In this document: positions 24,013 through 39,174 of the stretch, piece by piece
How the letters are laid out: each line of letters starts with the position of its first letter
Position numbering within the stretch: the stretch's first letter is position 1
Source: Eledone cirrhosa
Taxonomy: Eukaryota
Length of the DNA stretch: 64,000 bases
NCBI GenBank assembly: GCA_964016885.1
Contig: OZ024761.1
Span: 26,784,001-26,848,000 of the forward strand
Direction: 5' to 3'
The notes under the pieces: model-generated
Seen by the model: the letters and a program-made list of their open reading frames with translations, nothing else
The model's database searches: none
What the model was told of the DNA's origin: nothing
Translations under genes and position numbers: made by a program

Positions 24013-24402
24013 ACACACATACACATACATACACACACACACATATATACACTCACACACACATTACACATATTATATATATATGTATATATATATATAG
24101 ATATCCAAGATACCTATATCTACATACATACATACACACACCACACATATATATACACACACACACACATATATACACACACACACACACATACACACAC
24201 ATACACACACACATATATATACACATATATATACACGCGCAAACACACACACATACACACACACATATATGTACACATATGTATACACACACAAACACAC
24301 ACACACACACACATATGTATACACATATATATATACACGCGCAAACACACACAGACACACATACACACATATATATATATCAATGATACCAGGTATTATA
24401 GG

Positions 24403-24575
24403 ATGGATTGGTCGGACGCCATGCTTTGACGCATAGAGTTACGGCCCTTGCCATTCTGAGTTCAAATCCCGCCGAGGTTAACTTTGTCTTTCATCCTTAC
24501 GGCGTCGATAAAATAAAGTACCAGTAATTGCACTGGGGTAATTGCTGGCCTTGTGCCAAACGTAGAAACAATTAT
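24403..24575 (+). mobile_element. tRNA-derived SINE
   Basis: Family body with B-box gagttcaaatccc. Confidence 0.85.
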
Positions 24576-24789
24576 TGCCGCAGGGTTTCCTTCGATTAAC
24601 CTTTCAAGAGAAACATATAGTCCCGATTTCTTTCATCACACAACAGATGGGTAGAGAGGTGTATATATATATATATATATAATTATATATATAATATATA
24701 TATATATGTCTATGTATGTATATATATATATATATATATATATACCTCTCTACCTATAGACACATATATACATACATAGACATATATAT

Positions 24790-24839
<50 letters not shown>

Positions 24840-24871
24840 TATGTCATGTATATATGTGTCTATAGGTAGAG

Positions 24872-25018
<147 letters not shown>

Positions 25019-25028
25019 CATACACACA

Positions 25029-25067
<39 letters not shown>

Positions 25068-25099
25068 GATATATACACACACACATATATATATATACT

Positions 25100-25142
<43 letters not shown>

Positions 25143-25209
25143 ATATATATATATATATTATATATATGTCTATGTATCTATGTATGTATATATGTGTCTA
25201 TAGGTAGAG

Positions 25210-25275
<66 letters not shown>

Positions 25276-25367
25276 CTATATATATATAAATAGTCTATGT
25301 ATGTATGTGAGTATGTATGTATATATGTCTAGGTGTGTAAATATATATATATTATATATATGTATGT

Positions 25368-25409
<42 letters not shown>

Positions 25410-25462
25410 GTATGTATGTGAGTATGTGTATGTATATATGTCTAGGTGTATATATAACTATG

Positions 25463-25494
<32 letters not shown>

Positions 25495-25667
25495 GTGTGT
25501 GTGTCTATAGTTATAGTGGCATGTATATATACCTCTTTACCTATCCCTTGTACATACTCACACACATATATATATATATATGTGTGTGAGTTTATATGTA
25601 TACATATATATATATACACACATACTTATATATACGTACTTATATATATAGATGTATATATTTTATA

Positions 25668-26074
25668 GAGATGACCCCTTAGCCTTAGTCAAGGTAGAAT
25701 TCTAGGAGAAGGAAAACTCTGATATAACACCTGCAACCCTGATGATATCCAATGATGTTGACTTGTTCTTCTTTTTGGTAAATATCATCTTGGTTAAGAG
25801 AGTGGGACTGGCTTTGTGCAGTGCCTTTGCTCACTATAAAAGCTTCACGGCACAGGCATTGCTTTATATCTGGAGATCTCTCTGCATTTGTCGTCACATG
25901 GTACCATGGGCCCAGCACTATGTGTCAATAATTGTCACAAGTGTAGTGTTTGTACCAGAGTTTTGAAGTCGCGGGTTAGACTAAAAAGTCACACTCGTTC
26001 AGCGTATCGGTAGGGGTTCTCCTACATGGATATAAAGTAGTGGCCGTACTCGAAAACGAGTTGGCAGCCACCAT
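25668..26074 (+). mobile_element. Non-autonomous RTE-like retroelement, 5'-truncated
   Basis: Near-identical to 62604-63016. Contains the RTE-type 5'UTR motif ctaggagaaggaaaactctg and a remnant C-terminal C2H2 finger (CSVCTRV...LKSHTRS). Tail runs into (AT)n. Confidence 0.7.
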
Positions 26075-26364
26075 ATATATATATATATATATGAATAAAA
26101 ATTCCACTGTCTTAAGATGGAGAGTGCCGTATATATATATAGAGAGAGAGAGGGAGAGTGTGTGTGTGTGTGTGTGTGTTTGGAAACATGGCGGCTAAGA
26201 ATCGTTGGTAGTGTGACTGCGTGCTTAGATGCCTTGAGAAGATCAAGGCTTTGGTTTCCTCTCAGTGTTTGTTGTATCTGGAGAGAGAACTGAGAATATT
26301 CTTTGGTTGAAATATGAACGAACAATTGAAGTAAATATATACATATATGTATATATTTATTGCA

Positions 26365-26416
<52 letters not shown>

Positions 26417-26480
26417 TATATATATACATATATATTCATATACATTCATTCATATATATATATATATTCATATACATTCA

Positions 26481-26559
<79 letters not shown>

Positions 26560-26616
26560 ATATATATAGATATACATTCATATACATTTATATATATATA
26601 TACATATACATATACA

Positions 26617-26674
<58 letters not shown>

Positions 26675-26730
26675 TATATATACATATGCATTCATATACA
26701 TTTATATATATATATATATATACATATACA

Positions 26731-26800
<70 letters not shown>

Positions 26801-26857
26801 TATATATACATATACATTCATATACATTCATATATATATACATATACATTCATATAC

Positions 26858-26912
<55 letters not shown>

Positions 26913-26935
26913 TATATATATATACATATACATTC

Positions 26936-27001
<66 letters not shown>

Positions 27002-27051
27002 TTATATATATATATATATATATACATTTATATATATATATATATATATAC

Positions 27052-27131
<80 letters not shown>

Positions 27132-27135
<4 letters not shown>

Positions 27136-27323
27136 GTAAGGCCCAGGCATTGTAGGTTTGGATATAGAATATAAATGCAAATGCAAAAGATATATTCTAT
27201 ATCCAAACCTGCATTGTCGTGGCCTTCAATAAATTTAAGGTAAAAGACTAATTGTCAACAATATCTTTTGCATTTGCATTTATATTCTATATCCATAGTT
27301 GCATTGTCGTGGTCTTACAACTA
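27132..27323. repeat. Nested inverted repeats (fold-back) adjacent to (TA)n
   Basis: tagttgtaag.../...cttacaacta; ggatatagaatataaatgcaaatgcaaaagatat pairs with atatcttttgcatttgcatttatattctatatcc. Confidence 0.75.
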
Positions 27324-27464
27324 CAAACGGTTATACCTCATTACACAATGCTTCAAGTGAACTATAACTTCCTCCTATATATATATATATATACACACAC
27401 ACACATATACATATATATATATACACATATATATATATATATATACACACACACATATATATAA

Positions 27465-27615
<151 letters not shown>

Positions 27616-27712
27616 CACACACATATATATATACACACACACACATATATATATATATATACACACACACATATATATATATATACACACACACACACAT
27701 ATATATATATAT

Positions 27713-27807
<95 letters not shown>

Positions 27808-27850
27808 CACACACACATATATATATATATATATACACATATATATATAT

Positions 27851-27928
<78 letters not shown>

Positions 27929-28192
27929 ACACACATATATATTATACATATGTATATAAAATAATGAGACATAAAGCAGGCTTTGTTTAGAAAAAGGCTA
28001 GCGAATTTGAAAATAAGGTAGTAACATGTGCTTACGACGTACTTGACTAAATATAATTAGTCTGTTGGGATTAAAAAACCCTCTGAATGAAAAAAAAAAT
28101 GAGGATTGACGTACATGGAACACGAACATTCATCTTTGGTTTGCTGGACTGCACATTGGTCCAGCAAACCAAAGATGTTGTTGTTTTATCTT

Positions 28193-28230
28193 TCCAATAT
28201 TTCGGGACCTAAAATCCCTTCATCAGTGTA
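28193..28230 (-). ncRNA. Hammerhead-like motif (non-canonical PLE-type variant)
   Basis: Minus strand CTGATGA-a-ggga ttttagg tccc-GAAA-tatt; stem I is weak. Adjacent perfect 19-bp hairpin at 28131-28177. Confidence 0.4.
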
Positions 28231-28401
28231 TAAAAAAATTTCAGTTGATAACGTTCCAATTTCCTCTCTTTGGCATGAAATTTTGATTTTTTTTATTTAA
28301 ATTTTTTTAAAGTTGTTTTCGAGCGTTTTTCGGACTTTTTTGTTGCTAAACAACAATAGCACCATAATAATCATCTTTGTACACTAAAACCACAAACATA
28401 A

Positions 28402-28920
28402 GACCACCATCACCACCACCACCACCAATACTACAATCACCACCACTACAACCACCACCACCTTCACCACCACCACTACAACAATCAGCAACACAACCAC
28501 TACATCTCCACTACAACCACTACCAACACCACTACAACCACTACCAACACCACTACAACCACCACCACCACCACTACAACCACCACCACCACCACTACAA
28601 CCACCACCACCTTCACCACCAGCACTACAACAACCACCACCACCAACACCACTACAACAACTACAACTCCACTACAACCACTACCAACACCACTACAACC
28701 ACCACCACCACCACCACTACAACAACCAACACAACCACCACTACATCCACCACACCACCACCACCACCACTACAACCACCACCACCTTCACCGCCACCAC
28801 TACAACAACCACCACCACTAACACTACTACAATAACCACCAACCACCAACAACACTCCTCCCCTCCACCACCTACCGCCGCCCCCTCCACCTAACACCAC
28901 CACCACCACCCCTCCTACCG
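28402..28920. repeat. (CCA/ACA)n degenerate trinucleotide tract
   Basis: Direct inspection. Confidence 0.9.
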
Positions 28921-29093
28921 ACGTCCCCTCCGCCTCCTTTACAACAGTGCTTTAGAATGATGGAAGAGAAAGACTTGGTGAATTAATCAAATATGTCTGA
29001 AATTGTAGGAACAACTCAAATGTGAAATGTTAGATCATGTCATAAATAGAAAGAAAAGTTATATTAACATTGCACACTACACCATAGATATAT

Positions 29094-29124
<31 letters not shown>

Positions 29125-29145
29125 AATATATAGATATATATATAC

Positions 29146-29253
<108 letters not shown>

Positions 29254-29400
29254 ATATATATATGTATATATATATGTGTATATATATGTGTATATATATA
29301 TGTATGTGTATATGTATATATATATGTGTATATATATATGTATGTGTATATGTATATATATATGTGTATATATATATGTATGTGTATATGTATATATATT

Positions 29401-29432
<32 letters not shown>

Positions 29433-29487
29433 TGAATTTATATATATATATACATATATGAATTTATATATATATATACATATATGA

Positions 29488-29538
<51 letters not shown>

Positions 29539-29581
29539 TGAATTTATATATATATATATATATATATGAATTTATAGATAT

Positions 29582-29624
<43 letters not shown>

Positions 29625-29655
29625 TGAATTTATATATATATATATATATATATGA

Positions 29656-29696
<41 letters not shown>

Positions 29697-30098
29697 TGAA
29701 TTTATAGATATATATATATATATACATATATGAATTTATATATATATATATACATATATGTATTTATATACATATTTATATATGTATATATGTGTGTAAA
29801 AATATATATACTTGTATAAGTATATATATATATGTGTGTCTAAATATATATATATTTGTATATGTATGTATGTATATATATGTACATATTTGTATATGTA
29901 TATATGTGTGTGTGTGTATGTGTAAATATATATATATATTTGTATATGTATATATATGTTTATTTGAAAATATATATATATATTTGTATATGTATATATA
30001 TGTGTGTGTGTAAATATATATATATATTTGTATATGTATATATATATGTGTGTGTAAATATATATATATTTGTATATGTATATATATGTGTGTATAAA

Positions 30099-30129
<31 letters not shown>

Positions 30130-30169
30130 GTGTGCGTGTGTGTATAAATCTCTCTCTTTCTCTCTCTCT

Positions 30170-30225
<56 letters not shown>

Positions 30226-30343
30226 GGAGGGAGAGAGAGAATGTGTGTGTATATATGTGTTTATATATGCATATATGTGTTTATATATATATATATATGT
30301 AAGGAAATATTTATGTACGTGTATATATATGTACGCATGACTA

Positions 30344-30429
<86 letters not shown>

Positions 30430-30487
30430 CCTTTCCACAACAGTACACACGTATGTATATACAGATGTGTACTGTTGTGGAAAGGAG

Positions 30488-30521
<34 letters not shown>

Positions 30522-30693
30522 CTCCTTTCCACAACAGTACACACGTATGTATATACAGATGTGTACTGTTAATCGGTTATAAAAAAAGATAGACTGTACT
30601 TTTGTCGCGACTGAGACTTGAACGTGAGTTCAAATTCAGTCTTCTCATGCGATTTAACGTGATTTTTCCCTAGCTGTCACTTTCGTCTCGGCA

Positions 30694-30784
30694 CATCATC
30701 ATCATCACCATCTTCATAATCATCATCATCATAATCAACTAATCGTCATTGTCATTATCACTATCATTATCTTCAACATCATCT

Positions 30785-30827
<43 letters not shown>

Positions 30828-31180
30828 TTTCGTTGTCATAATCATCATCATCATCATCTTTCGTTGTCATAATCATCATCATCATCATCATGAACATCTA
30901 ATCGTCATCATCATCATCATTATCATCTTTATCGTCATCATCATCTAATCGCCATCATCATCATTTAATCGTCATCATCATCATCATCTAATCGCCATCA
31001 TCATCATTTAATCGTCATCATCATCATCATCTAATCGTCATCATCATCATCATTATCATCTTTATCGTCATCATCATCTAATCGCCATCATCATCATTTA
31101 ATCGTCATCATCATCATCATCTAATCGTCATCATCATCATCATCATCATCATCATCACCCTCACCATCATTATTATCATC
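30694..31180. repeat. (ATC)n degenerate trinucleotide tract with higher-order units
   Basis: Direct inspection. Confidence 0.9.
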
Positions 31181-31202
31181 TTCTCTTCGTCGTGAAAAAA
31201 AC

Positions 31203-32085
31203 TTGTTTCTTATATAGGCACAAGGCCAACAATTTTGAGGGAGAGGGAAGTCGATTAAATCCTCCCCTGTACATTACTGGTACTTTATTTTATCGAACTC
31301 GTAAGAATGAAAGACAAAGTTAACCTCCGCGGAATTTGAACTCGGAACGTAAAGGGCCGTAACTCTATGCCGCCAGTCCACAGCCCCGCAATTTCTTTAT
31401 AATGGTTTCTGATTGAGACACAAAGCCATCTGTTTTGGGAGCGAGGGGAAAGTCGATTAAATCTCCCCCAGTGCATTACAGGTATTTTATTTTATCGACC
31501 TTTACGTGAAAATAATAATTGCTTCTACTTTTGGCCAGCAATTAACCCCCGGTACATTACTGGTACCTTATTTTATTGAGCTCGTAAGGATGAAAGGCAA
31601 AGCTAACCGCGGCGGGATTTGAACTAAGAACGTAAAGGGCCATAACTCTATGCTGCAAAGAAGGGTGTCTGACGTTCTACCAATTCTGCCAATACACCGC
31701 CCTAAGTTACTTTAAAATAATTATTTCTACTTTTGGCACAAGGCCAGCAATTATCTCAGTGCATTACTGGTACTTTATTTTATCGACCCCGTAAGGATGA
31801 AAGGCAAAGTTAACCTCGGCGGGATTTGAACTCAGACCATAAAGGGCCGTAACTCTTTGCTGCAAAGCATGGCGTCCGATACTGTGTCTGACGCTCTACC
31901 AATTCTGCCAATACACCGCCCTAAGTTACTTTAAAATAATGATTTCTACTACTAGGCACAAGACCAACACTTTTGGGGACGTCGATTAAATTGACCCCAC
32001 TGCATTACTGGTACTTTATTTTATCGACCTCGTAAGAATGAAAGACAAAGTTAACGGGATTTGAACTCAGAACGTAATGGTCCAT
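31203..32085 (-). mobile_element. Cluster of about five head-to-tail SINE copies or fragments
   Basis: Repeated 'ggtactttattttatcgac...aaggatgaaaggcaaagttaacc'. Confidence 0.85.
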
Positions 32086-32293
32086 AAGATGTGATAATTT
32101 TTTTTTTGTTTTTAGTTTAATCAAATCGTTTTATAATCTTGAACCGCAGCGTTTAAAATTATTTTGAAATAACATTTAGATGTAATATTTTTGCTATAGT
32201 CAATCTTATTTTATATACTTTAACCCTTTTCATACCAAACTACCTGAACATGATTCTACTTCTACTGGACAAAGCTGTCTGTTTTAAAGTATT

Positions 32294-32371
32294 TCATCCT
32301 TACGGGGTCGATAAAATAAAGTACCAGTAATGCACTGGGTAATTGCTGGCCTTGTGCCTAAAGTAGAAACA
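32294..32371 (+). mobile_element. SINE 3' half
   Basis: Matches 5924-6003. Confidence 0.8.
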
Positions 32372-32426
32372 AGTATTTATTGTTATGTTTGGGGAGGGTC
32401 ATATTATTATAATATTGCCAGAAATA

Positions 32427-32615
32427 ATTGTTTCTACTTTAGGCACAAGGCTAGCAATGACCCCAGTGCATTACTGGTACTTTATTTTATCGACCCCGTA
32501 AGGATGAAAGGCAAAGTCAACCTCGGCGGGATTTGAACTCAGATCGTAAAGAGACGTAACTATGCTGGAAAGCATGGCATCCGACCCTCTACCGATATTG
32601 CCAATCCACCGCCCA
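32427..32615 (-). mobile_element. Full-length SINE inserted into another repeat
   Basis: The flanks 32381-32426 and 32616-32666 are contiguous in the uninterrupted copy at 61251-61339. Confidence 0.8.
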
Positions 32616-32859
32616 AAATAATAACAGAGCACACTCACTGTTTGGTTTGGATTGGTTTTCGCTTCTGTATCTTTTATATCCGCATAGTTAATTTATCTGG
32701 CAATCAGTTTATCATTGATTGATAAAAATACAGATATAAATATATATATATATAGTCTATCACAGTTCTTTCGTCACACATCTGTGACATCATCAGTGGT
32801 ACTTTGTTTCCTCCCGTTGTATTGTAATGTCTACGCTATTTTTATCTAATTAAAGTATT

Positions 32860-33700
32860 TAGATTTATATAAAAACCTTCCATCATAATTTTATGTAAGA
32901 ACCTTTGTTAACCCTTTAGCATTTTAACCGGTCGTATCCGGTCAGAATTCTCTCACCGCTTTCCGTTCAAACCAACCGTAACTGGCCGCTCATACTGATC
33001 TTAAGATATTGTTCTCAATATAAGTAACATCAAAATCTCATAGCTTCGATATTATGTGAGATAAAGCAAATACCGTGAAAATACAATAGTAAATATAGAG
33101 TAATGTAAATGCTTAAGGCTTAAGCTATGCCTCAAACACCAGCTTAACTGTAAACCACTCCTGGTTCTACTAGACAAAGTGTTTAGTTTTATATAAGAGC
33201 CTTCCCTCATAATTTTATGTAAGAAACTTTATGTTATGCTCCAAAACACCAACTCAACTGCAAACTGCCCCTGGTGCTACGGTACAAAACAGTTATTTAA
33301 AAAACCCTCCAGCATAACTTTTTGTAAGAAACTTTAAGTTATGCTCCAAGCACTAGCTTAACTGCAAACCACCATTGATTCTATTACACAAATCTTTTTA
33401 TTTAAAAGTGTTTGGATATATATAACCCCCCCCCCCCCCCCAAAAAAAAAGAAAACCTATAATAATTTTATGTTAGAACCTATGTTAAGTTATGTTCCAA
33501 ACACCACCTTCATTGGAAACAGATCATAGTTCAACAATACAAAACGATATTTTAAAATAATTATATTTTTATTAAAAAAAACCCGACTCCCATTATAGAT
33601 TTATGTCAGAAAGTTATGTTCGAAACGCTAGCTTCATAAATTCCTTTAAATTACTAAACATTTAATAAAATATTTGAAAATTATTGGCAATGTCATCCAT
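32860..33700. repeat. Degenerate ~105-145-bp tandem units with a TTAA-CCCTT-starting MITE-like insert at ~32908
   Basis: cataattttatgtaagaa variants near 32885, 33208, 33314, 33460 and 33593, and related ccaaacaccagcttaactg variants between them. Confidence 0.5.
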
Positions 33701-33937
33701 TAATACTATAAGGAAAAGGTAACATTTTTATTTGAGGATGAAAGCTTGACCAACGGTGGGACTAAGACATAAGTTATCTTTTAGTATTTGTTGTCCGTGC
33801 TAGTTTCGACAGACTAAATTAAATTGACACATGGTCTTAAAGTATTGAGTGCTTTGGCTAAAACACACACACACACACACAACCATACGCTAGCAAACAC
33901 ACACACATTCACACTCATATATATGTAGATACACATA

Positions 33938-34043
<106 letters not shown>

Positions 34044-34078
34044 CATACATAGGTATCTAGGTATTGAATAATAATATG

Positions 34079-34106
<28 letters not shown>

Positions 34107-34109
<3 letters not shown>

Positions 34110-34620
34110 CATTGGATACCATCAGGGTTGCAGGTGTTATATCAGAGTTTTCCTTCTCCTAGAATTCTGCCTTGACAAAGGCTAAGGGATCATCTCTCCC
34201 GGTGATTTTGGATGGCCATTGACTCTTAAGAGCTCCTTTGCCCTTTGACAAGTTTTGTTTTTAGTCCTGCAGCATGTCTAAAGTCACCCTCCTCACTACG
34301 AAACCTTGACTTGTTCTTCTTTTTGGTAAATATCATCTTGGTTAAGAGAGTGGGACTGGCTTTGTGCAGTGCCTTTGCTCACTATAAAAGCTTCACAGCA
34401 CAGGCATTGCTTTATATCTGGAGATCTCTCTGCACTTGTCATCACATGGTACCATGGGCCCAGCACTGTGTCAGTAATTGTCACAAGTGTAGTGTTTGTA
34501 CCAGAGTTTTCAAGTCGCTGGCTGGACTAAAAAGTCACACTCGTTCAGCGCATCGGTAGGGGTTCTCCTACATGGATATAAAGTAGTGGCCGTACTCGAA
34601 AACGAGTTGGCAGCCACCAT
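34107..34620 (+). mobile_element. Non-autonomous RTE-like element with inverted 5' segment (34107-34305)
   Basis: 34107-34224 is the reverse complement of 62583-62698; 34306-34620 is collinear with 62700-63016; encodes [25 protein letters not shown]. Confidence 0.8.
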
Positions 34621-34658
34621 ATATATATATATATATGCATACACCCATATACTCGTGC

Positions 34659-34698
34659 ATAGGTGTTTCGATATGAAATATCTACACATGTATGTATA

Positions 34699-34768
<70 letters not shown>

Positions 34769-34803
34769 TATACATACATGTGTAGATATTTCATATCGAA
34801 ACA

Positions 34804-34808
<5 letters not shown>
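34659..34808. repeat. Perfect inverted repeat around a (TA)n core
   Basis: aggtgtttcgatatgaaatatctacacatgtatgtatatctg-(TA)n-cagatatacatacatgtgtagatatttcatatcgaaacacct. Confidence 0.85.
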
Positions 34809-34854
<46 letters not shown>

Positions 34855-35076
34855 ATATATGACTGTCTATAGACAATACTAACACATGTAAATATTGCTT
34901 GTAGCGTTATTTATGTTGAAAGAGGAGGAGGCAGGTGCAGCTGTTTGTAATGGCAGACATGAAATTTGGCCATTTTGAAAAAGGTCAGCCCGGAGAAAGT
35001 TCCATTTGTTTTAAAACGTCTGCTCTAAACACGTACACAGACTCTCACACATACAACATTATTTATGCTTATAGGA

Positions 35077-35118
<42 letters not shown>

Positions 35119-35209
35119 ATATATATATATATATATGTGTATATATATATATGTGTGTGTATATATATATATATGTGTGTATATATATATATATATACAT
35201 ACATATACC

Positions 35210-35250
<41 letters not shown>

Positions 35251-35413
35251 TGCATGTGTATATATATATATATATATATACATACATATACCATGTATAT
35301 ATATATATATATACGTACATATATACATACATATATCCATGTATATATATATATATATACACACATATATGAATGTATATATATATATATATATATACAT
35401 ACATATATGAATG

Positions 35414-35445
<32 letters not shown>

Positions 35446-35458
35446 CATACATATATGC

Positions 35459-35547
<89 letters not shown>

Positions 35548-35619
35548 CATATATGCATGTATATATATATATACATACATATATGCATGTATATATATAT
35601 ATACATATATGTATGTATA

Positions 35620-35655
<36 letters not shown>

Positions 35656-35852
35656 CATACATATATGCATGTATATATATATATACATTCATATATGTAT
35701 ATATATACATACATATATGCATGTATATACACGTATATATATACACACATATGTATGTATGTGTGTATATATAGAAGAGAGATGTATGTGTATGAATCAT
35801 AAATATATTTATATACGTATGTGTACATATATTGTATGTACAAAAAAAGTTT

Positions 35853-37340
35853 GTGGTGGTGGTGGTGGTGGTGGTGTTAGTGGTGGTGGTGTTGGCGGTG
35901 TTGGTGTTGGTGTTGGCGGTGTTGGTGGTGGTGGTGGTGTTAGTGGTGGTGGTGTTGGCGGTGTTGGTGGTGGTGGTGGTGGTGTTGGTGGTGGTGGTGG
36001 TGTTAGTGGTGGTGGTGTTGGCGGTGTTGGTGGTGGTGGTGGTGGTGGTGGTGTTAGTGGTGGTGGTGTTGGCGGTGTTGGTGTTGGTGTTGGTGGTGTT
36101 GGTGGTGGTGGTGGTGTTAGTGGTGGTGGTGTTGGCGGTGTTGGTGGTGGTGGTGGTGGTGTTGGTGGTGGTGGTGGTGTTAGTGGTGGTGGTGTTGGCG
36201 GTGTTGGTGGTGGTGGTGGTGGTGGTGGTGTTAGTGGTGGTGGTGTTGGCGGTGTTGGTGTTGGTGTTGGTGGTGTTGGTGGTGGTGGTGGTGTTAGTGG
36301 TGGTGGTGTTGGCGGTGTTGGTGGTGGTGGTGGTGGTGGTGGTGTTAGTGGTGGTGGTGTTGGCGGTGTTGGTGTTGGTGTTGGTGGTGTTGGTGGTGGT
36401 GGTGGTGTTAGTGGTGGTGGTGTTGGCGGTGTTGGTGGTGGTGGTGGTGGTGGTGGTGTTAGTGGTGGTGGTGTTGGCGGTGTTGGTGTTGGTGTTGGTG
36501 GTGTTGGTGGTGGTGGTGGTGTTAGTGGTGGTGGTGTTGGCGGTGTTGGTGGTGGTGGTGGTGGTGGTGGTGTTAGTGGTGGTGGTGTTGGCGGTGTTGG
36601 TGTTGGTGGTGGTGGTGTTGGAGGTGGTGGTGTTGGTGGTAGCGGCGGCAGTGGAGGCAGTGGGGGGTAATGGTGGCAGTGTTAGTGGTGGCATTGTTGG
36701 TGGTATTGGTGGTGGTGTTGGCGGTGGTAATGGGGACAGTGTTGGTGGTGGCGGCGGCAGTATGGGGGGGGGGGGGGGTAAAGGTGGTAGTGTTAGCGGT
36801 GGTAATGGTAGCAGTGTTAGTGGTGGCAATGTTGGTGGCAGTGGTGGTGGTGGTAAGGGTGGCAGTGGTGGTGGCAGTCATGGTGGAGCTAATGGTATCA
36901 GTGATGGTGGTGTTGGTGGTGGTAATGGCGACAGTGGTGGCAGTCGGGGCAGAGGTAATGGTATCAGTGATGGCAGTGGCAGTGGCAGTGGTGGAAATGG
37001 TGGCAGTGGTGATAATGGCAGTGGTTGTAATGGCGGCAGTGGTGATGGTGCTGGCGTGGTAATGGTGGCAGTGGTGATAATGGCGGCAGTGGTGGTAATG
37101 GCGGCAGTGGTGATGGTGCTGGTGGTGGTAATGGTGGCAGTGGTGATAATGGCGGCAGTGGTGGTAATGGCGGCAGTGGTGATGGTGCTGGTGGTGGAAA
37201 TGGTGGCAGTGGTGATAATGGCGGTATGTGGTGCTGGTGCTGGTGGTGGTAATGGTGGCAGTGTTGGTTGTAATGGCGGCAGTGGTGGTGATGGAAATGG
37301 TGGCAGTGGTGGTGGTAGCAGTGGTAGTAATGGCGGTGCT
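35853..37340. repeat. (GGT)n-based minisatellite with higher-order units grading into a degenerate GGN tract
   Basis: Recurring unit gttagtggtggtggtgttggcggtgttggt.... Confidence 0.9.
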
Positions 37341-37489
37341 GGAAGTCTGTGTCGTATGTGAAAATGTCAACCTAATTAAAACTAGTTTAACAATTCATCT
37401 TGAACAAAATATCCAAACATTTTTCTCTCTTACTTAACTTCCATTTTAGTCTCATATTTTCTTTACTCGCGTCTCTTCTCTCTTTGTTT

Positions 37490-37590
37490 TTCTGCTTTCT
37501 CTCTTTCTTTCTTTCTATCTGTCTGTCTGTCTGCCCTTTTTCTTTCTTTCTTTCTTTTTTCTTTCTTTCTTTCTGTCTGTCTGTACTTTC

Positions 37591-37673
<83 letters not shown>

Positions 37674-37761
37674 TTTTTCTTTCTTTCTTTCTTTTTTCTT
37701 TCTTTCTTCTTTCTTTCTTTCTTTCTTTTTTCTTTCTATCTTTCTGTCTGTCTGTCCTTTT

Positions 37762-37796
<35 letters not shown>

Positions 37797-38420
37797 GTCT
37801 TTCTATCTCTCATTTTTTCTTTCTTTCTATCTCTTTCACCCCTCTCTATCTCTCACACTGATTCTGCGTGTTTCTCCCCCTGTCTCTGTGTTTCTATGGC
37901 TTTCTTCCCCTCTCTCTCGTTCTTCCTCTCTCTCCCCCCTCTCTCGTTCTCTCTCTCACATTCGCTCTCTCTCTCTCTTCCCCGTTTTCTATCTCTCTCT
38001 CTTATTTCCATACCACAATGAAAAATAAGTTTTTTTCCTCTCCCCTCCTCTCATCTCCGCCCTATCCCTCCCCTCCTCTCCTCTTCTCCTCTCTCCTCCT
38101 CTCTCCTCTTCTCCTCTCTCCCCCTCTCTCCTCCTCTCTCCTCTTCTCTCCTCTTCTCTCCTCTTCTCTCCTCTCCTCATATGTCCCTTCCTCTCCTCTC
38201 ATGTCCCTTCCTCTCCTCTCCCTTCCTCTCCTCTCCTCTCCCTTCCTCTCCTCTCCTCTCATCTCCCTTCCTCTCCTCTCCTCTTCTCTCCTCTTTCCTC
38301 TCCTCTTCTCTCCTCTTTCCTCTCCTCTCCTCTTCTCTCTTCTCCCCTCTCCTCTCCACCTCCCTTCCTCCCCCTATCCCTCTTCTCCGCTCCCCTCTCC
38401 TCTCCTCTCATCTCCTTCCT
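37490..38420. repeat. Polypyrimidine tract ((TTTC)n, (TCTG)n, (CTCCT)n)
   Basis: Direct inspection. Confidence 0.9.
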
Positions 38421-38714
38421 CTTCCACGAGATTTGTCCATTAGATTCGTTGATAATGCTATTCCAATCTTCTTCTTTTACCCCGTGGCATTTGTGAAAAA
38501 TCTTTTAAAAACTTACAATTTTTCTATCTGCAAATTTATTTTGATGTTTGTTGCAGCAGATTTTTCACGTTTTTTTCCATTCAATTCTATTCTTTTCTCC
38601 TCTCATTCTTCTGAACTCAAGACTTCATTATACAATAACCTTTTCGTGTACGCAACTTTTACTTTCGTAGGAAATATCTCTAGACAAACTAGTCTCCGTC
38701 ACCCAAGAAAAATA

Positions 38715-38746
<32 letters not shown>

Positions 38747-38865
38747 GTATATATATATGTATATATATATATGTATATATATATATGTATGTATATGTAT
38801 ATGTATATATATATATGTGTATATATATATGTATATATATATATGTGTATATATATATGTATATA

Positions 38866-38906
<41 letters not shown>

Positions 38907-39069
38907 ATATATATATATATGTATATATATGTATATATATGTATATATATATATATGTATATATATATATGTATATATATATATGTATATATATATATGT
39001 ATATATATATATGTATATATATATATGTATATATATGTATATATATATATGTATATATATATATGTATA

Positions 39070-39174
<105 letters not shown>

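Noticed and set aside
28377-28909. Pro/His/Thr-rich ORF
   Set aside because: A (CCA)n tract with frame-switching homopolymer runs.
34245-34559. C2H2 zinc-finger host gene
   Set aside because: The finger lies in a dispersed repeat present three times in the window and is the 3' end of an RTE-like ORF; the ORF spans an inversion junction.
35411-37370. Gly-rich, Val-rich and Thr-rich long ORFs (possible structural protein)
   Set aside because: Long ORFs are open in several frames on both strands of a (GGT)n tract, there are no convincing splice or start signals, and the frame changes at the G run near 36764.
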